DNA of 60,953 bases, the filler included. It is 7 parts of 7 records of this genome, joined end to end, with 100 filler letters (N's around TTAATTAATTAA, not from the genome) between each part and the next. Parts side by side here need not be neighbours in the genome. Positions count along the whole stretch, not along the records: positions 1 to 13,054 come from SRR2962707_2594; positions 13,155 to 27,351 come from SRR2962707_2595; 5 more parts are not named here. The stretch is one strand, 5' to 3'. A model generated the notes under the pieces. It was not told the DNA's origin, made no database searches, and saw only the letters and a program-made list of their open reading frames with translations. The position numbers were made by a program, and so were the translations under genes. Below, one piece after another: positions 1-13,667 of the stretch (its first letter is position 1; each line of letters starts with the position of its first letter).

Positions 1-2
1 GA

Positions 3-330
3 ATAGCCGCTGAGCAGGAAGCAGCGAGACCGGCGGCGGAGGAGGAGGAAGCCAAGTTTGCTGCGGAGCAGGAAGCCGCACGAATTGCGGCAGAGGAAGA
101 AGAAATTCGACGGACAGCAGAAGTCGCACAGCAAGAAGCAGCAAGAATATCCGTTGAGCAGGAAGCATCCAGGATAGTTTCTGACCAGGAACCAGCGAGA
201 CTAGCGGCGGAAAAGAAAGCAGTGCGATTTTTGGTTGAACAGGAAGTCGCGCGAGTATCGGCTGGTCAGGCAGCCGAACGAAAAGCAGCAGATGATGAAG
301 AGGTTCGACGGACGGCAGAAACTACACGGC
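3..330 (+). repeat. Degenerate 27-bp (9-aa) coding repeat, IAAEQEAAR-like
   Basis: Translation from base 3: IAAEQEAAR PAAEEEEAK FAAEQEAAR IAAEEEEIR... Confidence 0.7.
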
Positions 331-3300
331 AAGAAACCCAGCAGGAAGCAGCAATAACAGCTGCTGTCGCAACAGCCGCCACGCAACAAGCAACGAAGCT
401 CGCTGCTACGGAGGACGCAGCGAGGATAGCCGCTGAACGAGGAGCCCCCATCAACACTACTAAGAAAGCCCCACAGACAGGGACAATGGAGAATGAAGGG
501 CGGCTTGCTGCCCTAAACATGGGTGAGGGCGACACAGTTGAACAAGTGACGCAGCCGCACAACACTATGTGTGACAATGACAACACGACGTCTCTGCCGC
601 CGCCTCCCGCGTACGAGTCTGTGTCGCCGCTTTGCGTTTCCGTTGACAGCCTGCCTCCACCACCAGCGTACAGTGCGGCAGTTTCCGTCGATGCCGTGTC
701 TAGCAGTATTGGGGCTAATAAGACTGATGAAGCAATCGACTTTCGCAAAAATATGGCCGAAGATGTCGACGACAGTGAGGCCGAGCGCGCACGCCAGGCG
801 GCTGAAGCTGAAGCTGACTTGCTTCGCGAACTACTGGGAAGTGATCCGCAACTTTTGAACCCCGGCGCAACTGCAGATGATGATTGCGGACCGTCACACG
901 CGCCCGCTGCTGTGCAGCTGTCAGCACTGAATCCATCAAGTTCTTGTGATGGTAGTGCGCCGGCGCCACACTCGGACAATCACGTTGAATCGGATCGTAC
1001 ATTCAAAAATACACCAACCGCCCCGCCAGTTTCGCAAGCAGAGTTTGCGGCGCGAGCCTTTGAGTCTGGGGTTTCCATCTGCCTTGACCAGCCACCTCCA
1101 CCGTCTTACGACGTTGCTGTTAGTTCCCCAAGCTCTCGGTCTGTTGGAAGCGTGAGTCCACGCACGCCTGAATCTGGTGCAGGTGGTATATTGCATGAAA
1201 GTGCAATCGGGCAGAGGACCTCTGCTCATACAATCGTGGAAGACCAGTCCGTGCCAGAAATTGCGCAGACTGGAGTCGGAACGGCCGATACGAGTAGCTC
1301 CACGCACAAGGACGCAAATACAAGGGCCCGTGAAATTCACATATGGCTTGAAGAGCTCGTAGCCAGCGCGCATATCGACCGCGATGAAGGGTCCTACGTG
1401 GCTTTGCTGCAGGGTTACCGCATGGCCCTGGAAGAAGGCATTCGCGTGAACGCCGCAACTGTCAGTCGCGTCGCGTGGGTGCTGCGCAAGTGAGTGTCCC
1501 GAACCGGCAATCCGCAACGGAGGCACATTTCTTTTTGAAATCTTTGCACTGCGATTCTCATGTTTTTTGTCGATGGATGCTGCGCGTGTTCAGCTTCTCA
1601 GACTACCTTGTGCCGCCACCGCATTCCGTTGCACGGTCGGCTGCACGCCGCGCTCATAATCTTGCCGAAACAGCGCCTGACTTGAGCTTGTTGAATGGTG
1701 CCGAACTCGAACAGTTCATGATTCAGGTGACTTTCATGATGCACGTTAGTTTTTATCACTGCCAGTGGGTTGCTTGGTGAACTGTTGGTTGGTCATTTTT
1801 AGTGCAAACAATCGTTTGTTTTGTTGCTAGTGCAACATAGAGCCAAAAGTTGCCCAGTTTGTTGCTGTCGATGAAAACATTGATGGCCAAGTTCTAGTGA
1901 ATTGTACAATTGAAAATTTCAAGGCTTTGGGAATAAACATCACTGACGCAAAGCTCCAGAAATTTCGGGATGCCATCCTAGCTTATTGGGACAAGTGCGC
2001 TTTTGTCTGGATTTTGCCGAACGCTCAATGTGTTATGCGCAGCCCTGCTGAAAAATTGGGGCTTCTGTGTGTTTTTGGCAGGCGAGGTGGTGGTATTCGC
2101 CGCGTGTCACCAACGTCCAGTCGCTCCAGTGACGAACTGCATGTTGGTGCCCGCGTTGCTGTTTTCCCGATAGACGAATCCGTGGCGGGTGCTCCAGACT
2201 TTCGGGAGGCGACCGTCACGGCCATGGGCGACACTGCAAGCAACGTCGGCGAACCAGTTGAAATTGTCGAAGTCGTATTTGACGACAACGGTCTGCTCGA
2301 GGTATGAGGGCTTGGCTGGTTGCGATATATTTCCCGTTTGTCGCCTATTTTGGCTTGTTGTTCAGTCGGCATGTGTGTTCACGAAATATGGTTGCAAACC
2401 CAGACCGTTTCCACTGAGCGGGTGGCTAGGATGACAGACAACCGCACCGGCACCGAATTTAGAGATAGTGAAGGGTCTGTTGGAAGTCCTCAAGATGAAG
2501 ATGCAACGTCTGGAAATATGTCCAGCAATGAACGCACAACCTCGCCGCATGTGCATTGGGTAAAGTACACAGACGAAGTTAGTGGCGAAGACTACTGGTT
2601 TAATTCTGTGACGCGCGAGTCCCAATGGAATGACCCGACGTCCAACGAAAGTCTTCGTCCATTCACTCCACCGTTGCCGACTGAAGAATTCAACGCCATG
2701 CGTGCAGCAGACAACCATGCAGCCACAGATAGCAACATGCAACTTGCTTTGGAAGTGTCTCATGTTGGCGGCCCAACTGGATCTGACAGTTGTGGCAATC
2801 CGGAGGAACAGGTTGTGCTCGCGGCAGCGCAAGAATTAGTTGCAGAAGCTGTAATGCATGGTCGAGATGCGCAACACGATCAAGTTGATCAGCTCATGGA
2901 GTTGGGGTTTTCTCGCAGTGAGAGTGTTCGTGCGCTTGTAACTTGTGATGGCGACCTCACTCGTGCTGCAACTTTTCTCGTTGATGGCGGTGACGATGCC
3001 TCAACCCAAGCCGCTCGTGAAGCTGCAGCTGCTGCCGAGCGCGCTGAAGCTAGTTCGGCAGCGTTTGCACAGCAGCTGGAAACTTCCTCTACAACTGCAG
3101 TCAGTTCTGGCGCGCTCACGGACGAACCTGGGTCGCGTACGTCAAGCTTGTCTAGTTCACTACCTGAGCGTGGAAGCCAACAGCCACTCACGAGGAAGCA
3201 AAGTCGCGGCTTGCTTGCTCGGGCACGTGAGTTGTCTGTGATGGACGCCAGTGAGCTGCACGGAAGCTCGTCTGTCTTTGGCACGAGCGCGGGTGGTAGA

Positions 3301-6300
3301 GGAGTTTACAATCCATTGGAACCAGAGGCCAGCTCTCTGACACCCTCAATCGGGTCGAGCGGCACTACATTTCATGCTGACGTAGGTGGTGTCGAGCAAA
3401 AATTTGACCTCTCACAGCTAGTGAAAGAGGCTCGCAAAAACCTCGCTGCGCCCAGCACCTTGCGAATGCAGTTGGAGCTTTTGCTGCGCCCATATGGTGA
3501 CGAGTACGGCGACGATCCCGGAAATGCAAGCGTTCCCACAAGTGCGTTTCTTTGTCGGACCCATTGCCCACTGTCAACGAGATATGTTTTGGAGACGCCA
3601 ACCCGTTTGCCACTCTTTTGTTTTCAGATCAGCTCATGGATAGAGTTGAGGCGAGAGACCCCTTTTTGTCAGAAGGAAACGCAGAACACAGGAAACAGCG
3701 GCAAGAAAGGCAGCGGTTTCGCAGAAGCCGAGCAGCTGGAAAAAACGGTGGATGGACGTTTCGTTTAAGTCGCAACTGTACTCGAAGCTTGTCTCAGTAC
3801 GTGATGGAAGTTGACGTCACCTTAGTCTGGCGTTGATCGCGCCGAAGTAGCACAACTAATCGCAGGCTCTGTGCCACAGATATGAAACACAGCTTCGCCA
3901 AGCGTTTGATGCAAGGAAGTTACTTGCATCGTTCGTTGCAAGTGCAATCGAGTTCGCCTCCAAGGAATGGGATCTAGTGCAGGTGCTCCTTGACAATTGG
4001 GGGCTGACGCGCCACACCCCTTTCTTTCATCGTCGCTTTGACACGCGGATGGAGCGACTGCGTAACCTGCAACAGCTACATCACCACACAGCAACATTGT
4101 TGACCGAACAATTGATGGCGGTGCAACGAAAACAGGAGCAGGTCCTTGATTCATTTGTTAAATCTTGCGCTCTCGAACCATGTGTCCAAACTTCGAAGGC
4201 ATGGCAGTCATTTTCTTCTTGTTTGTGTTTATGCAGGTGAGTCAAGTTCCAGCTATGGTTGCCGACTTTGATCGTTGGGCAAGTTCATTTTTTCGTTCTC
4301 CCGAAGAGCTATTTGCGAGACAAATCGTTACGCTGGAGCTTCGCAACATGATCGACGGAAGCAATGGGCGATTGCACGAAATGGACAGTGTGGCAGCCAT
4401 GCTCGAAAAGGAGCTTGCTCCAAGGCCGCCGAGCTTGCGGGCAGAACAATTCATGGACATAGCCCTGCAAACGAAACAATGGTCCAAACCGGAGGCAGAA
4501 CTGCACAAAATGTTTCGTGAGATTCTTGTCGATACGCGCACTATGCATGGCCAGGTTCGTCAGCTCGTCAAGCGCGTCTGTTCGGTAAATCCGTTTGTCC
4601 TTGAAGAGCACTTCAAGTCTAGACTTTTGACTGGTCGCTGTGCGTAGGTGATGGAGGCACTTCTTGCAGATTTACTATCCAACGAAAGGCGAGACACAGT
4701 TCGCGTAGATGCTATCATTGAAGCGTTCACCGAGCAATTAGTTATGTTTATCGATGCTGTGCAGCATCAAAGCCAAGGCAACCCGCTGAGCAGGTACATG
4801 GCAGCCAAGAGCCCCGTTGCCTAGAGTAGGAAAGCGTCATCACGTTATTGTGGAATTTCAATTCTGGCGCATGCGTTTTCAGGAAAAAGGCTGAAAAGGT
4901 TTTTTTCGGTTCTGGGCTGTTGGCGTCCCTGTCAAAGCCTTCACTTCTGACGTCCGGAAACACTGTAATTGCGCATGGTGGTGTGGACTCGGGCAACGTG
5001 TCGGTACGTGAACCGCATGCCCGTGAAATGATGCATTTTTTGGGAGAAAGGATGTTGTGTTGATTGCACGAGTTCCACGGGCATCCACAGGCCAATAGCA
5101 TCGAAATGCGTCGAGTGTTCAGAAGTCTGGTCGAAGCGCTGATATTTCCTTTCCTCTACCAGCGAATGTCCGCCAAGACAGAAGCGCAACTTGATGCAGA
5201 GTGGCGTCACATATACGTTGGCGTTGTCAGAGGATTTGAGTTAGCCGATTTTGCGCCAAGCGTTGCGGCCGTGTTTGATGCCGCGCGGCGCACAGTATGT
5301 TACAACCACTCGGTGGTGGATCGAGCGAGCCAAACCGATGTTTCGACTCGACTTGGCTCATCACCACAGCTTCCTTTGCAGTCGGCAATCGAGCAGCTCA
5401 ATGCGCTGTTCATGGTCCAGCGAGTTCCGGCGACAATGGCGCAATCGTTTGCCCTATTGTGTCAGACCATCGTCAATGATGTCAAGTCGGCGTGGCTGGC
5501 TGCGAAATCTCGCATTGCGGCTGCGACTGGCAGCGACACAGATCTCGACAGTAACTCCGAACCACTTTTGTCATTCAAAGAGCCGAAATTTCCGGGCTTA
5601 TCGGTTGACGAGTTTGAAGCCGTGCTCGCTTACTGCCTGGCTCAGGCCAAGGTTTGGGCTCGGGCATTGTTGAGTCACTATGCGTCACATCCAGGCATCA
5701 GCAAGTTGACTGTTTTCATTATGCGGTTTCGTTGTTTGTAGGTGTTGCGTGTGAATCACACCATCGAATTCCTGGACTTGTTTTTAAGCTCGCACCCCTC
5801 CAAACGAAGATTGCGATTGGAACAAGACTTTGCGGCAATGGGCCAATCGCCACAATGTCGTTTCAACAACCGGTGCGTGGACGTTGTGCGTGCGCCCGGT
5901 GGAGACCAACAACGCTCATTTGCTGACGATGCGCGCGTGCGTTCAGGTCACAAGTCCTTGAATTGGACTCCATCGACACCTTGATGCATGTTGTTGCCAA
6001 CTGTGTCAAACTTGTTGACAAAATGAGAAAAATGGCTCGGCAAAAGCATCAACTTGCTACTGACGGTTCCTCCTCGCCACGTGCTCAAAGTACTGCTGCA
6101 CAAGTGAACAGCGCCAGAAGCGCTTCACCACCAGCACCTCGGGCACAAATGCCATTGGCGGCGGTGCAGGTGCACCCGAAATACTCTGCGAGCAAAATCT
6201 ATGCAAAGGTGCGCATGTCGGTGCAAAAACGTGCAATTGATTTTCGATGCGTAACCGTCTGACGCTGCGGTTTCTTGGGCTTGTGTTTTATTGTCCCATT

Positions 6301-7066
6301 ACAATCCAGCTGTTGCGAAGCAAAGATGCTCTTGCAGTGCTGGAAATGGAGGCGACTATTCGACGGGTACGCATTGCAGGCGCTCTAGCGCTCTGGTCGT
6401 TATCGGTTCCTGTGCAAGTGTCTTATATGCAGTTGACAATCAATTTGCCTGTAGCTTTTGTCAGCGAACAAATTGCAGACTGTGTTGGTAACGAGACAGA
6501 ATCTGAGCGACGGGATTGGGATGCTTTTCACAAAAACTCGAAAAGTGTGTTATGGCAACGTATATTTGCCCATCTACGTCAAAGCTACCTACGATGGCAC
6601 GAGCCCGTCGTCCTCTGCTTTGCTGGCTGCGGGCCTTCAAAGCAACGATATTGTTTTCTCGGCAAATGACCAAATCGTGGCGGGGTCTGTGTGCAGTAGT
6701 GCTATGAGTGCAGCACTGACCATTGTGTACTACAGCTGGCGAACGTAGCGTAGTTTTGCTCACAGTTGTGTGCCCCGTTGTAGGCCTCAAGATGTTGTCG
6801 ATGCGATTGACGGGCAACTGCAGTTCAAGCTTGGGTACGACTCACTGCTTTTGAGCTTGAAACTTTCGCCGTCTGTTTACTCTTGCAGTGCTAGTTAATA
6901 TCCAACAAATCGCATGATGTGCTGCAGCATCCTTCGCGCAGTTGAAATCGACTCTACACAGTTGAACACTGCTGAACTGAATCATGTTGTGCGCGAATTC
7001 GCGATCAAAATCTCATCATCGTACCAAGATGCGGATCAGGTAGCTCCAAGCAACAGCATTCCATGA
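3..7066 (+). CDS. Multi-exon eukaryotic gene (5'-truncated): Ala/Glu repeats, SAM-like, WW, UBA, VPS9-like and PDZ-like domains; probable endosomal Rab5-GEF-type scaffold
   Basis: Long + ORFs broken by GT..AG introns (e.g. donors at 1490, 2302). WW: HWVKYTDEVSGEDYWFNSVTRESQWNDP. UBA: VDQLMELGFSRSESVRALVTCDGDLTRAATFL. SAM-like: ENIDGQVLVNCTIENFKALGI. VPS9-like: LSVDEFEAVLAYCLAQA..NHTIEFLDLF. PDZ-like: LAAGLQSNDIVFSANDQI. Exon structure and the stop at 7064-7066 are approximate; could be more than one gene. Confidence 0.55.
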
Positions 7067-7268
7067 GCGTTTCGTTGCAAGTGTGACAGTATACGTCTCC
7101 AATTCAATGTGTTTCGCGAATTGATTCACGGGCACGAAGAGTCGCCACAAATGCAGTTTTTTAATAATTCCTCGACTAAAACATCCGAACATATTGGGCA
7201 GGAATTGTGCTGGCTCGTGTAGCGAGGACGCCTGTTTTGGCTTGCATGACGGCAATTGTTGCTTATTT

Positions 7269-10200
7269 TCAAATCACAACCACTTCCGTCATATCGTAGC
7301 ACGAAACCTACAAGGCAAAGCAGTGTCAGCAACTATCAAATATACCAGCTAAACGCAGCCAGAGTCTCAAAACCTTACTTCAGTCGGGGAATATCGCATT
7401 GAGCAGCGAGTCGCTATGCAGTAATGCCCTGGCTGCAGGAACAACAGTGGAACTTCGGCAGTAAACAATTCTGGCCCAATGGTGTCTCTGGTGTCCGTTG
7501 CTTCCGACGAGACAAAATTTTCCGAGTTAAGCAAAAATTGAAACTTGGACGGCCCAGCAAGGGCAACGTTTGTCTCCATGCATTTGTTAACCTCCCTGTT
7601 ATCGTAGCACAAGGCGGTAATGTTAGCGTTGTGCATTGCAGAAGCGACACATGTTACATCGACTACTCAACACACCGGAAAGAGTCCCGCTGAAAAACGC
7701 ATACATCGAGCACTGCGGCAACGGCTGCGACTCGTTCTGTGCCCCACATCAGTGATGGGTGCAATGCTCTCTGACGCAGTCGGACCGAGAGCTTTAGAAG
7801 TGACATGTCGAAACACTTTACACGGGCAGTTTCCCTGAACGACCAGACAAAAAAAACAGTATGCATCATTGCTTCCCGTGATGAAGCAGTCACCCATACA
7901 GAATGCATGCACACGCACGCAGACTTGGAAACTGCACTTGGCAAAGACTTTGTTGAATGAAGAAGATGCGGCATTTCGGCACCAATGGCGCGGCCCGCAT
8001 CGCCACAAAGTGCAGTATTCGTGGTTGGGCGATGTGTTTCTGATTCTACGGGTGTCAGTACTGCTATTGGCACGACTGGTGCAAGTAGTGTGTGGAGCAC
8101 CCCTGCAGCCGTAAGCATTTTTGACATGTCAGACACAGTTCAACGAGGTGAGGCAGCATCGCACAAACAGCATAGCTTCATCGAATGTACCAGTTATGAT
8201 AGTGGTGTCTGATAGCTGCGTGTGACCTGTGCGTGTCTGTTGCAGTACCCACTTCAAGCACAGACGTGAGCGTAATTCGTTTTCCAAAAATTGTTCAGTC
8301 TCCGAGGCAGAGGCTATGCGGCAAATGCTTCTGCGCGGAAAACTCATGGTACATAGCAACTTTGATCTTGCCTTAATGAGCTGACACCTGCTTCCCGATG
8401 AACAGTGGAGTGGATCGTCATTGTTGCGGCTCTCATCGCAATGGTTCTCATACGCCAGCGAAAAAGTAAAGTCATGGTGTTCCGACGTGTTTTCAATGTC
8501 GCAAACCGCGAGAAACCTACCACAAGAAGAAATCAAAACAATGAATACGGAACGATGCAAAGCACAGCAGGTACTTCGATTACGCAAATGTTGTACCAGG
8601 CTTCTGAGGTTGCATGGATCTGCGCATCGGTTGCAAAATTGTCCCCCATGGCCTCAACAGCCAAGGTCCCAGCTTTACATGCAGGCACGATCCGGACACT
8701 GTTGATCACCAATGGATCATGAACGATATATCGGAGCTTGAGAATTTCGTCGCAAAAAATGTGGTGTCCTTTGGAATGCTCGCCTCCACTGAGCGGGTCG
8801 TCACTAAGTGAGCCACGGCGAGGGCCTGCTTCCTCTCTCAAGTCCACATTTCCATACTTCACATGGAACTCGATGTTGCGAAAACGTGGACTGCCAAAAA
8901 AGGTGACGTTAATGCAGAACGACATGTTGCTGTCGAAAAGTATGCCTTCGTCTTCGTTCACGGAACTGCCACCCACGGTCTCAGCAGAAACTCCAAAACG
9001 ATCGCCATCAAGCGTGTTGCTTGGGCATAGGTGGTCTCCAAAATGAAATTCACACAACGTTGCCAGGCTTGGATTGCGCTTGTCGTCGCCTTGGTCTGAA
9101 ATAGTTGGTGTCAACACTTGCAAGTGACCACGGTTCCACAGCATTACTGGAAATGAGTGCGTTGTGCAATACCCGCTGCCTTTCCCAACTGCCGTGTGAT
9201 ACACTTCAACTTCAACGGTGATGCTGAACGCCGTAATTGGAACGGTTCCAACGTTGTGAAGTTCTAAACATGTTTTCTGCTGTTCACCGCGAATGAAAGC
9301 CGCTGACCCTTCAAGCGCCCGACCGGAGCGATTCTGTAGCGTCATGTGGATTTGCGGTTGTGAAGGATAAACATCAATGAGGGGAATGTGCCCACTCCCG
9401 CTGCTGCCCATCACAGCGCCCAACGGCAGCGCCACTGAGGTCTAAAACAGAACAATACAGTTGGCGACCACATGCTTGACGCTTTGGCAAAATTCTGAAC
9501 GGAAGCACTGTGATATTCCGCCAAGATCACTGACCTGGTCGGCGCTTCGAATGCCAGTTGCATCCCCTGACGGCTGCAGACCGCCCGCTGGAAGCGGGTG
9601 AAGAGGGAAACGACAAACCATTCCGAAAACTTGAACAATTGCATGTGTAAACTCCAGCAGGCCAGCTTTTGTGGGCAAGACGTGTACGCGCACTGCTGTT
9701 GCGTAACGTGCATGCAGTAGGGCGGACACAGGCACTGTTTGTACAGCAGCACTGCCAGGTCCGAAGCGAGTGTACAATGTCAACTGTGGGACAAACACTG
9801 CAATTGCAAGGGGATTTTGAATAACAACCTGCACGCATCGTACATGAAGTGAGTGGATATACATGTGCTGCAATAACGTTGGACGCCCAGATCGTAGCAA
9901 CATCAGCTTCCATACCTCAACGAGAACCGGCTCTCCCACAATCCACTTTTTGCGCTCTTTGGGGCGGCGGCGCCCGCTCTGCCGTTCGGCGAAGGGGTTG
10001 TGGAAAGTGCCACCGTAAGCACGCTTTTCAGTGCCCGCGGCCGCTTTTTCAAATGCGGCAAAACCTTCGCGTGCGGCTTCTGTTGAAAGCTGTACCATGC
10101 GACGGCCGCTGGACTGGTCCAGCGAGCGCATCATCACCACCAGTGGAAGAACAGGTGCATTTGGGCTCCCACTGTCAACAGCCGTTGATGCAACCTGGTC

Positions 10201-12840
10201 GTCATTACCTCGAGGGAGAGCAGAAGTGGCGGATTCCAGGATGTCGCCATCGGTGGGGAGGTATCGAGGGAAATGGAGAGCTAGATACGATTGCAAAATT
10301 CGAGCCATCGTCGCTTGGTTTTGGAAATCAGTGTCGTCTTGAATCCGCTCCGAGTGAAACAAAGAAAGTGCTTCAACAGCATGTTTTGCAGTTGTAATCG
10401 CGTCTCGACTCCCTTGCGACAAAAAGACAACGAGCGCCATAGAATCCCATCGAAGCTTAGGGAATCCAGCCAAAGAGTGAGCAATGGCCGCTTGAGGTGC
10501 CTGATTGGCGACCGTGCCTGAAGGTTTCGACTGTGAAGGCAAACTCGCCGTTCGTCCAGCACCCCAAACACCGGTTGTCAACAATTTTTGGAGCAAAACT
10601 TGAACGTTCAAAGCAAAGTCATCCCACTCGACACTGTACAGCAAGCGGGCCAGCAACGCCACGAAATACGCAAATTTGCGCCGGGCAGCCGCTCCGTTGC
10701 AAATTCTGCAGAACACACAACATGGATACATTAACGCACGAACGGCAGCAAACACAACATTAACATACTGAAGCAACAAACGTACTGTGCAGCCCGAAGA
10801 GTGACTGCAATTTTCAGCTGCACTTCTGCCTGTCCTCGTCCGCCTTCTTCAACGCGACTTCCTGGCTGTTGCTGCTGTCGCCGCAGTTGGCCAGCATCCA
10901 AAAAAGGAAGCATGGGCGACTGTCCGTCGAGTTGCGTGCGGGGGCTGCCACTGTGAAATCTCATAGCAGCAGCGTTCGCAGCAGAAGCAGTCAACGACCC
11001 TGCTCCAGAGCTAGCTCGTTTTGGCCTCGGCGATCGTCCATGATCCGAGGAGTGATACACTGCTGAGGGACGCAGCACATCACCAGGACCATCCCCGACT
11101 CCTAGCACGCTGGTGCCCACATTTTCCGCATTCAGGCATGCCCAGCCTTGCGATACGTATCGAAGGCAGATGCGCCGATGTGCAAGCGCTGCAGTGAGTT
11201 GGGCCTCTGGGAGTGTCGACTCTGACGCAGCATTCTCTTCCTACAAAAGCGTAGCAATGTCCACAAAGCTTTAAGCTCTATGTGCACAGCACTTTTGGTC
11301 AAACTGCGATTCACACTGAGGGCTTACCCGTCCGGACGCAGTAAATGCAGGTCGCTGCCAAAGCTGTTGGCCGAATCCTTCGAATGGCCCAAATGGTTTG
11401 CTGAGATGCTGGTATTCTTCCAAATGATGTGCAGCTAAAATGAACATCGTAGTGGCAACAAACTCTTGAGTGTCTACAATTCCCGACTCTTTCTGGAAAT
11501 GCTGCAGACTCAACTCAGTATTTGACAGCATTCGAGCTCGACACTCTGCGACACTATGCCCCGTCCCCGTCACACCCGAAGCACTGGGGCCGACGGATTC
11601 AGCCGGAGGCTGGTACGGTACCGGCCCTTGACGCTTGATTGCTGACTGTCCAAACGAGGTAGGCGCCCCCGTGCTCTCGGAACTGCTTCCTGTGGAGCCC
11701 AGCTCGATATGCGTGGCCGCGGCAGCTGCCAATCCTGTATCAAACGCATTCAGCAAAGGTGGGCGCGATGGCAAAAAAAATCGCAAGCTCGGCAACAGAG
11801 AAACATGCACTTTGTTTCTTCTTTTCTTGGAAAGCACTACAAAAAACACAAAAAAGAAGAACAAAAAATATATACTTACCCAGGTAGGCACCTGCCTGCC
11901 AAAAGCTATCACGCTGTGAGCCGCAGACGTCGCGCGCTTTCGAATAGTTGGTCTCGGCATCGCCAACCAGCCCAGCGAGCAGGCAGTAATCCCCTTTCCA
12001 CTTAGACAGCCGCCCGCGCCAACGTGCGTTGTTGAACTGTGGGCCAGATGCCGAATTACCACTTGCTGGCGTTGCAGGGCCGGTGCTCTGTCCACTGCCA
12101 CTGCCAATTCCAGCGCCGCTGTTGCCTAACCCGAGCCCCGAGTTACCGCTTGCCACAGGCGTCTCGATATCAGATTGCAGGTCCAAGATCCCTTGCTTCT
12201 GTAGAATCGCCGTCTCACCACTCTCGGCTGCACGCAGCCAGTTGTCAAACGTCTGCTTGAAGTTGACGGCAAGGCGCAGCACAATGCGGTCCGTGAACGC
12301 CGCCCGCGTCTTCTCGCTGGCTCTGTACGGAAACACATGAATGGAGTTCGAATTGCGGATTCGGCGGTCATCTTCCTGCTCCGAAGATGGGTTGAGGATG
12401 TGGAATTGCGTCACCGTGGTATTCGGAAACAACCGCTCCACCGCAGAGTTCCATTTTTCGAACGCTGTGATCACATTGCTGTTGCGCTGCCCGTCGCAGA
12501 ATCCAATGATTCCGAATACCGTCCGATGGGCCTGAAAATTCTCCCACGGCTTCTTGGGTTTGAGCCCTTCGCCGCTGCGGAGCTGGGCGGCAGCTTCTTC
12601 GAGTGACATGGCACAGAACTTCAGCTGCAAAACTCGTTTCACGTCCGCTCCTCCTTTATGCTTGGTGGAGAACACGCCGCGTCCGCTGTAGTGTTGATCC
12701 GAAATCACCTGCCGGCGCCGTTGCTGCAAGGAGTGCAGGTACTGCAGCTGTGCATCTTTCGAAGCGAATGTGCCCACCGCGATCACCCCGATTTTCACGC
12801 AAGCGTAGTCTCTCAAGTCTGCGTGGAAGGCGTCGATCAT
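7269..12840 (-). CDS. TRAPPC9: TRAPP II complex subunit TRAPPC9/Trs120, multi-exon
   Basis: Motifs WENFQAHRTVFGIIG, GRLSKWKGDYCLLAG..D.FWQAGAYLG and KKWIVGEPVLVEV..IQNPLAIAV match the Trs120 family. An intron at 11735-11879 (GTAAGT..CAG) restores the frame. Last exon (VSCYDMTEVVVI*) is inferred. Confidence 0.8.
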
Positions 12841-13015
12841 TCTCACAAATCAGCGGCCGCCGCTGCTGCTGAAGGTGATTTTGGCAACAGCTTCAGCCCC
12901 TCGGCGCAGCCTTCGGCAGCATACGCCAACGGCGAGTGAATTGCACAGGTGAAACAAAGTGCCTCAAGAGTGTGACAGAGCGAGCAAGACGATACCGAAA
13001 AGGTCCTTAAAAGTG

Positions 13016-13054
13016 CAACAACAGCTGCAGCAGCAGCAGCAGCAACAACAACAA
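13016..13054. repeat. (CAG)n/(CAA)n microsatellite at contig end
   Basis: caacaacagctgcagcagcagcagcagcaacaacaacaa. Confidence 0.85.
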
Positions 13055-13154
13055 NNNNNNNNNNNNNNNNNNNNNNNNNNNNNNNNNNNNNNNNNNNNTT
13101 AATTAATTAANNNNNNNNNNNNNNNNNNNNNNNNNNNNNNNNNNNNNNNNNNNN
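13055..13154. other. Artificial contig linker
   Basis: N-run, TTAATTAATTAA (stops in all six frames), N-run. Confidence 0.98.
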
Positions 13155-13613
13155 CGGGCCATCCAAGACGGGACAGGGTTTTTCCAGCACGGGCATACCT
13201 ATGTGGGCCACCCGACGGCTGCGGCCGCCGGTGTCGCGGTGGTTTCCGCAGTACTGGGGCGCGATCTGCTGTCCAACGTGCAACGTCAGGGGGACAAGCT
13301 GCGCAGCGCGTTAAACGCCGCCTTTGGCCAACATCCGAACGTGGGCGATATTCGGGGTCGCGGGTTGTTCATGGGCGTCGAAATGGTGGCGGACCGCAGT
13401 ACGAAAGCACCGTTTGATCCATCAATGGGGATCGCCGCTAAGATCAAGAAACACGCGTTTGAGAACGGTCTGATTTGCTATCCGATGTCTGGCACGATTG
13501 ACGGTAAAACCGGTGATCACGTGTTGCTGGCACCGCCGTTTATCATCACGGACGCCCAAATTGATGAACTGGTCGAAAAGCTGGCCGAAAGCATCACGCA
13601 AGCATTGGGTTAG
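13155..13613 (+). CDS. Class III aminotransferase, C-terminal part (5'-truncated)
   Basis: FQHGHTYVGHP, VGDIRGRGLFMGVE, GDHVLLAPPFII. Confidence 0.9.
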   Translation, partial: RAIQDGTGFFQHGHTYVGHPTAAAAGVAVVSAVLGRDLLSNVQRQGDKLRSALNAAFGQHPNVGDIRGRGLFMGVEMVADRSTKAPFDPSMGIAAKIKKHAFENGLICYPMSGTIDGKTGDHVLLAPPFIITDAQIDELVEKLAESITQALG

Positions 13614-13617
13614 AAAC

Positions 13618-13646
13618 AAAAAGGCAGGGCGCTAACCCTGCCTTTT
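13618..13646. terminator. Bidirectional intrinsic terminator
   Basis: AAAAAGGCAGGG-cgctaa-CCCTGCCTTTT between convergent genes. Confidence 0.8.
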
Positions 13647-13667
13647 CCATCCGATACGAAAGCTGTT

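Noticed and set aside
12840-13613. Eukaryote-bacterium junction as horizontal transfer
   Set aside because: The two sequences are separated by an artificial linker and are not physically contiguous
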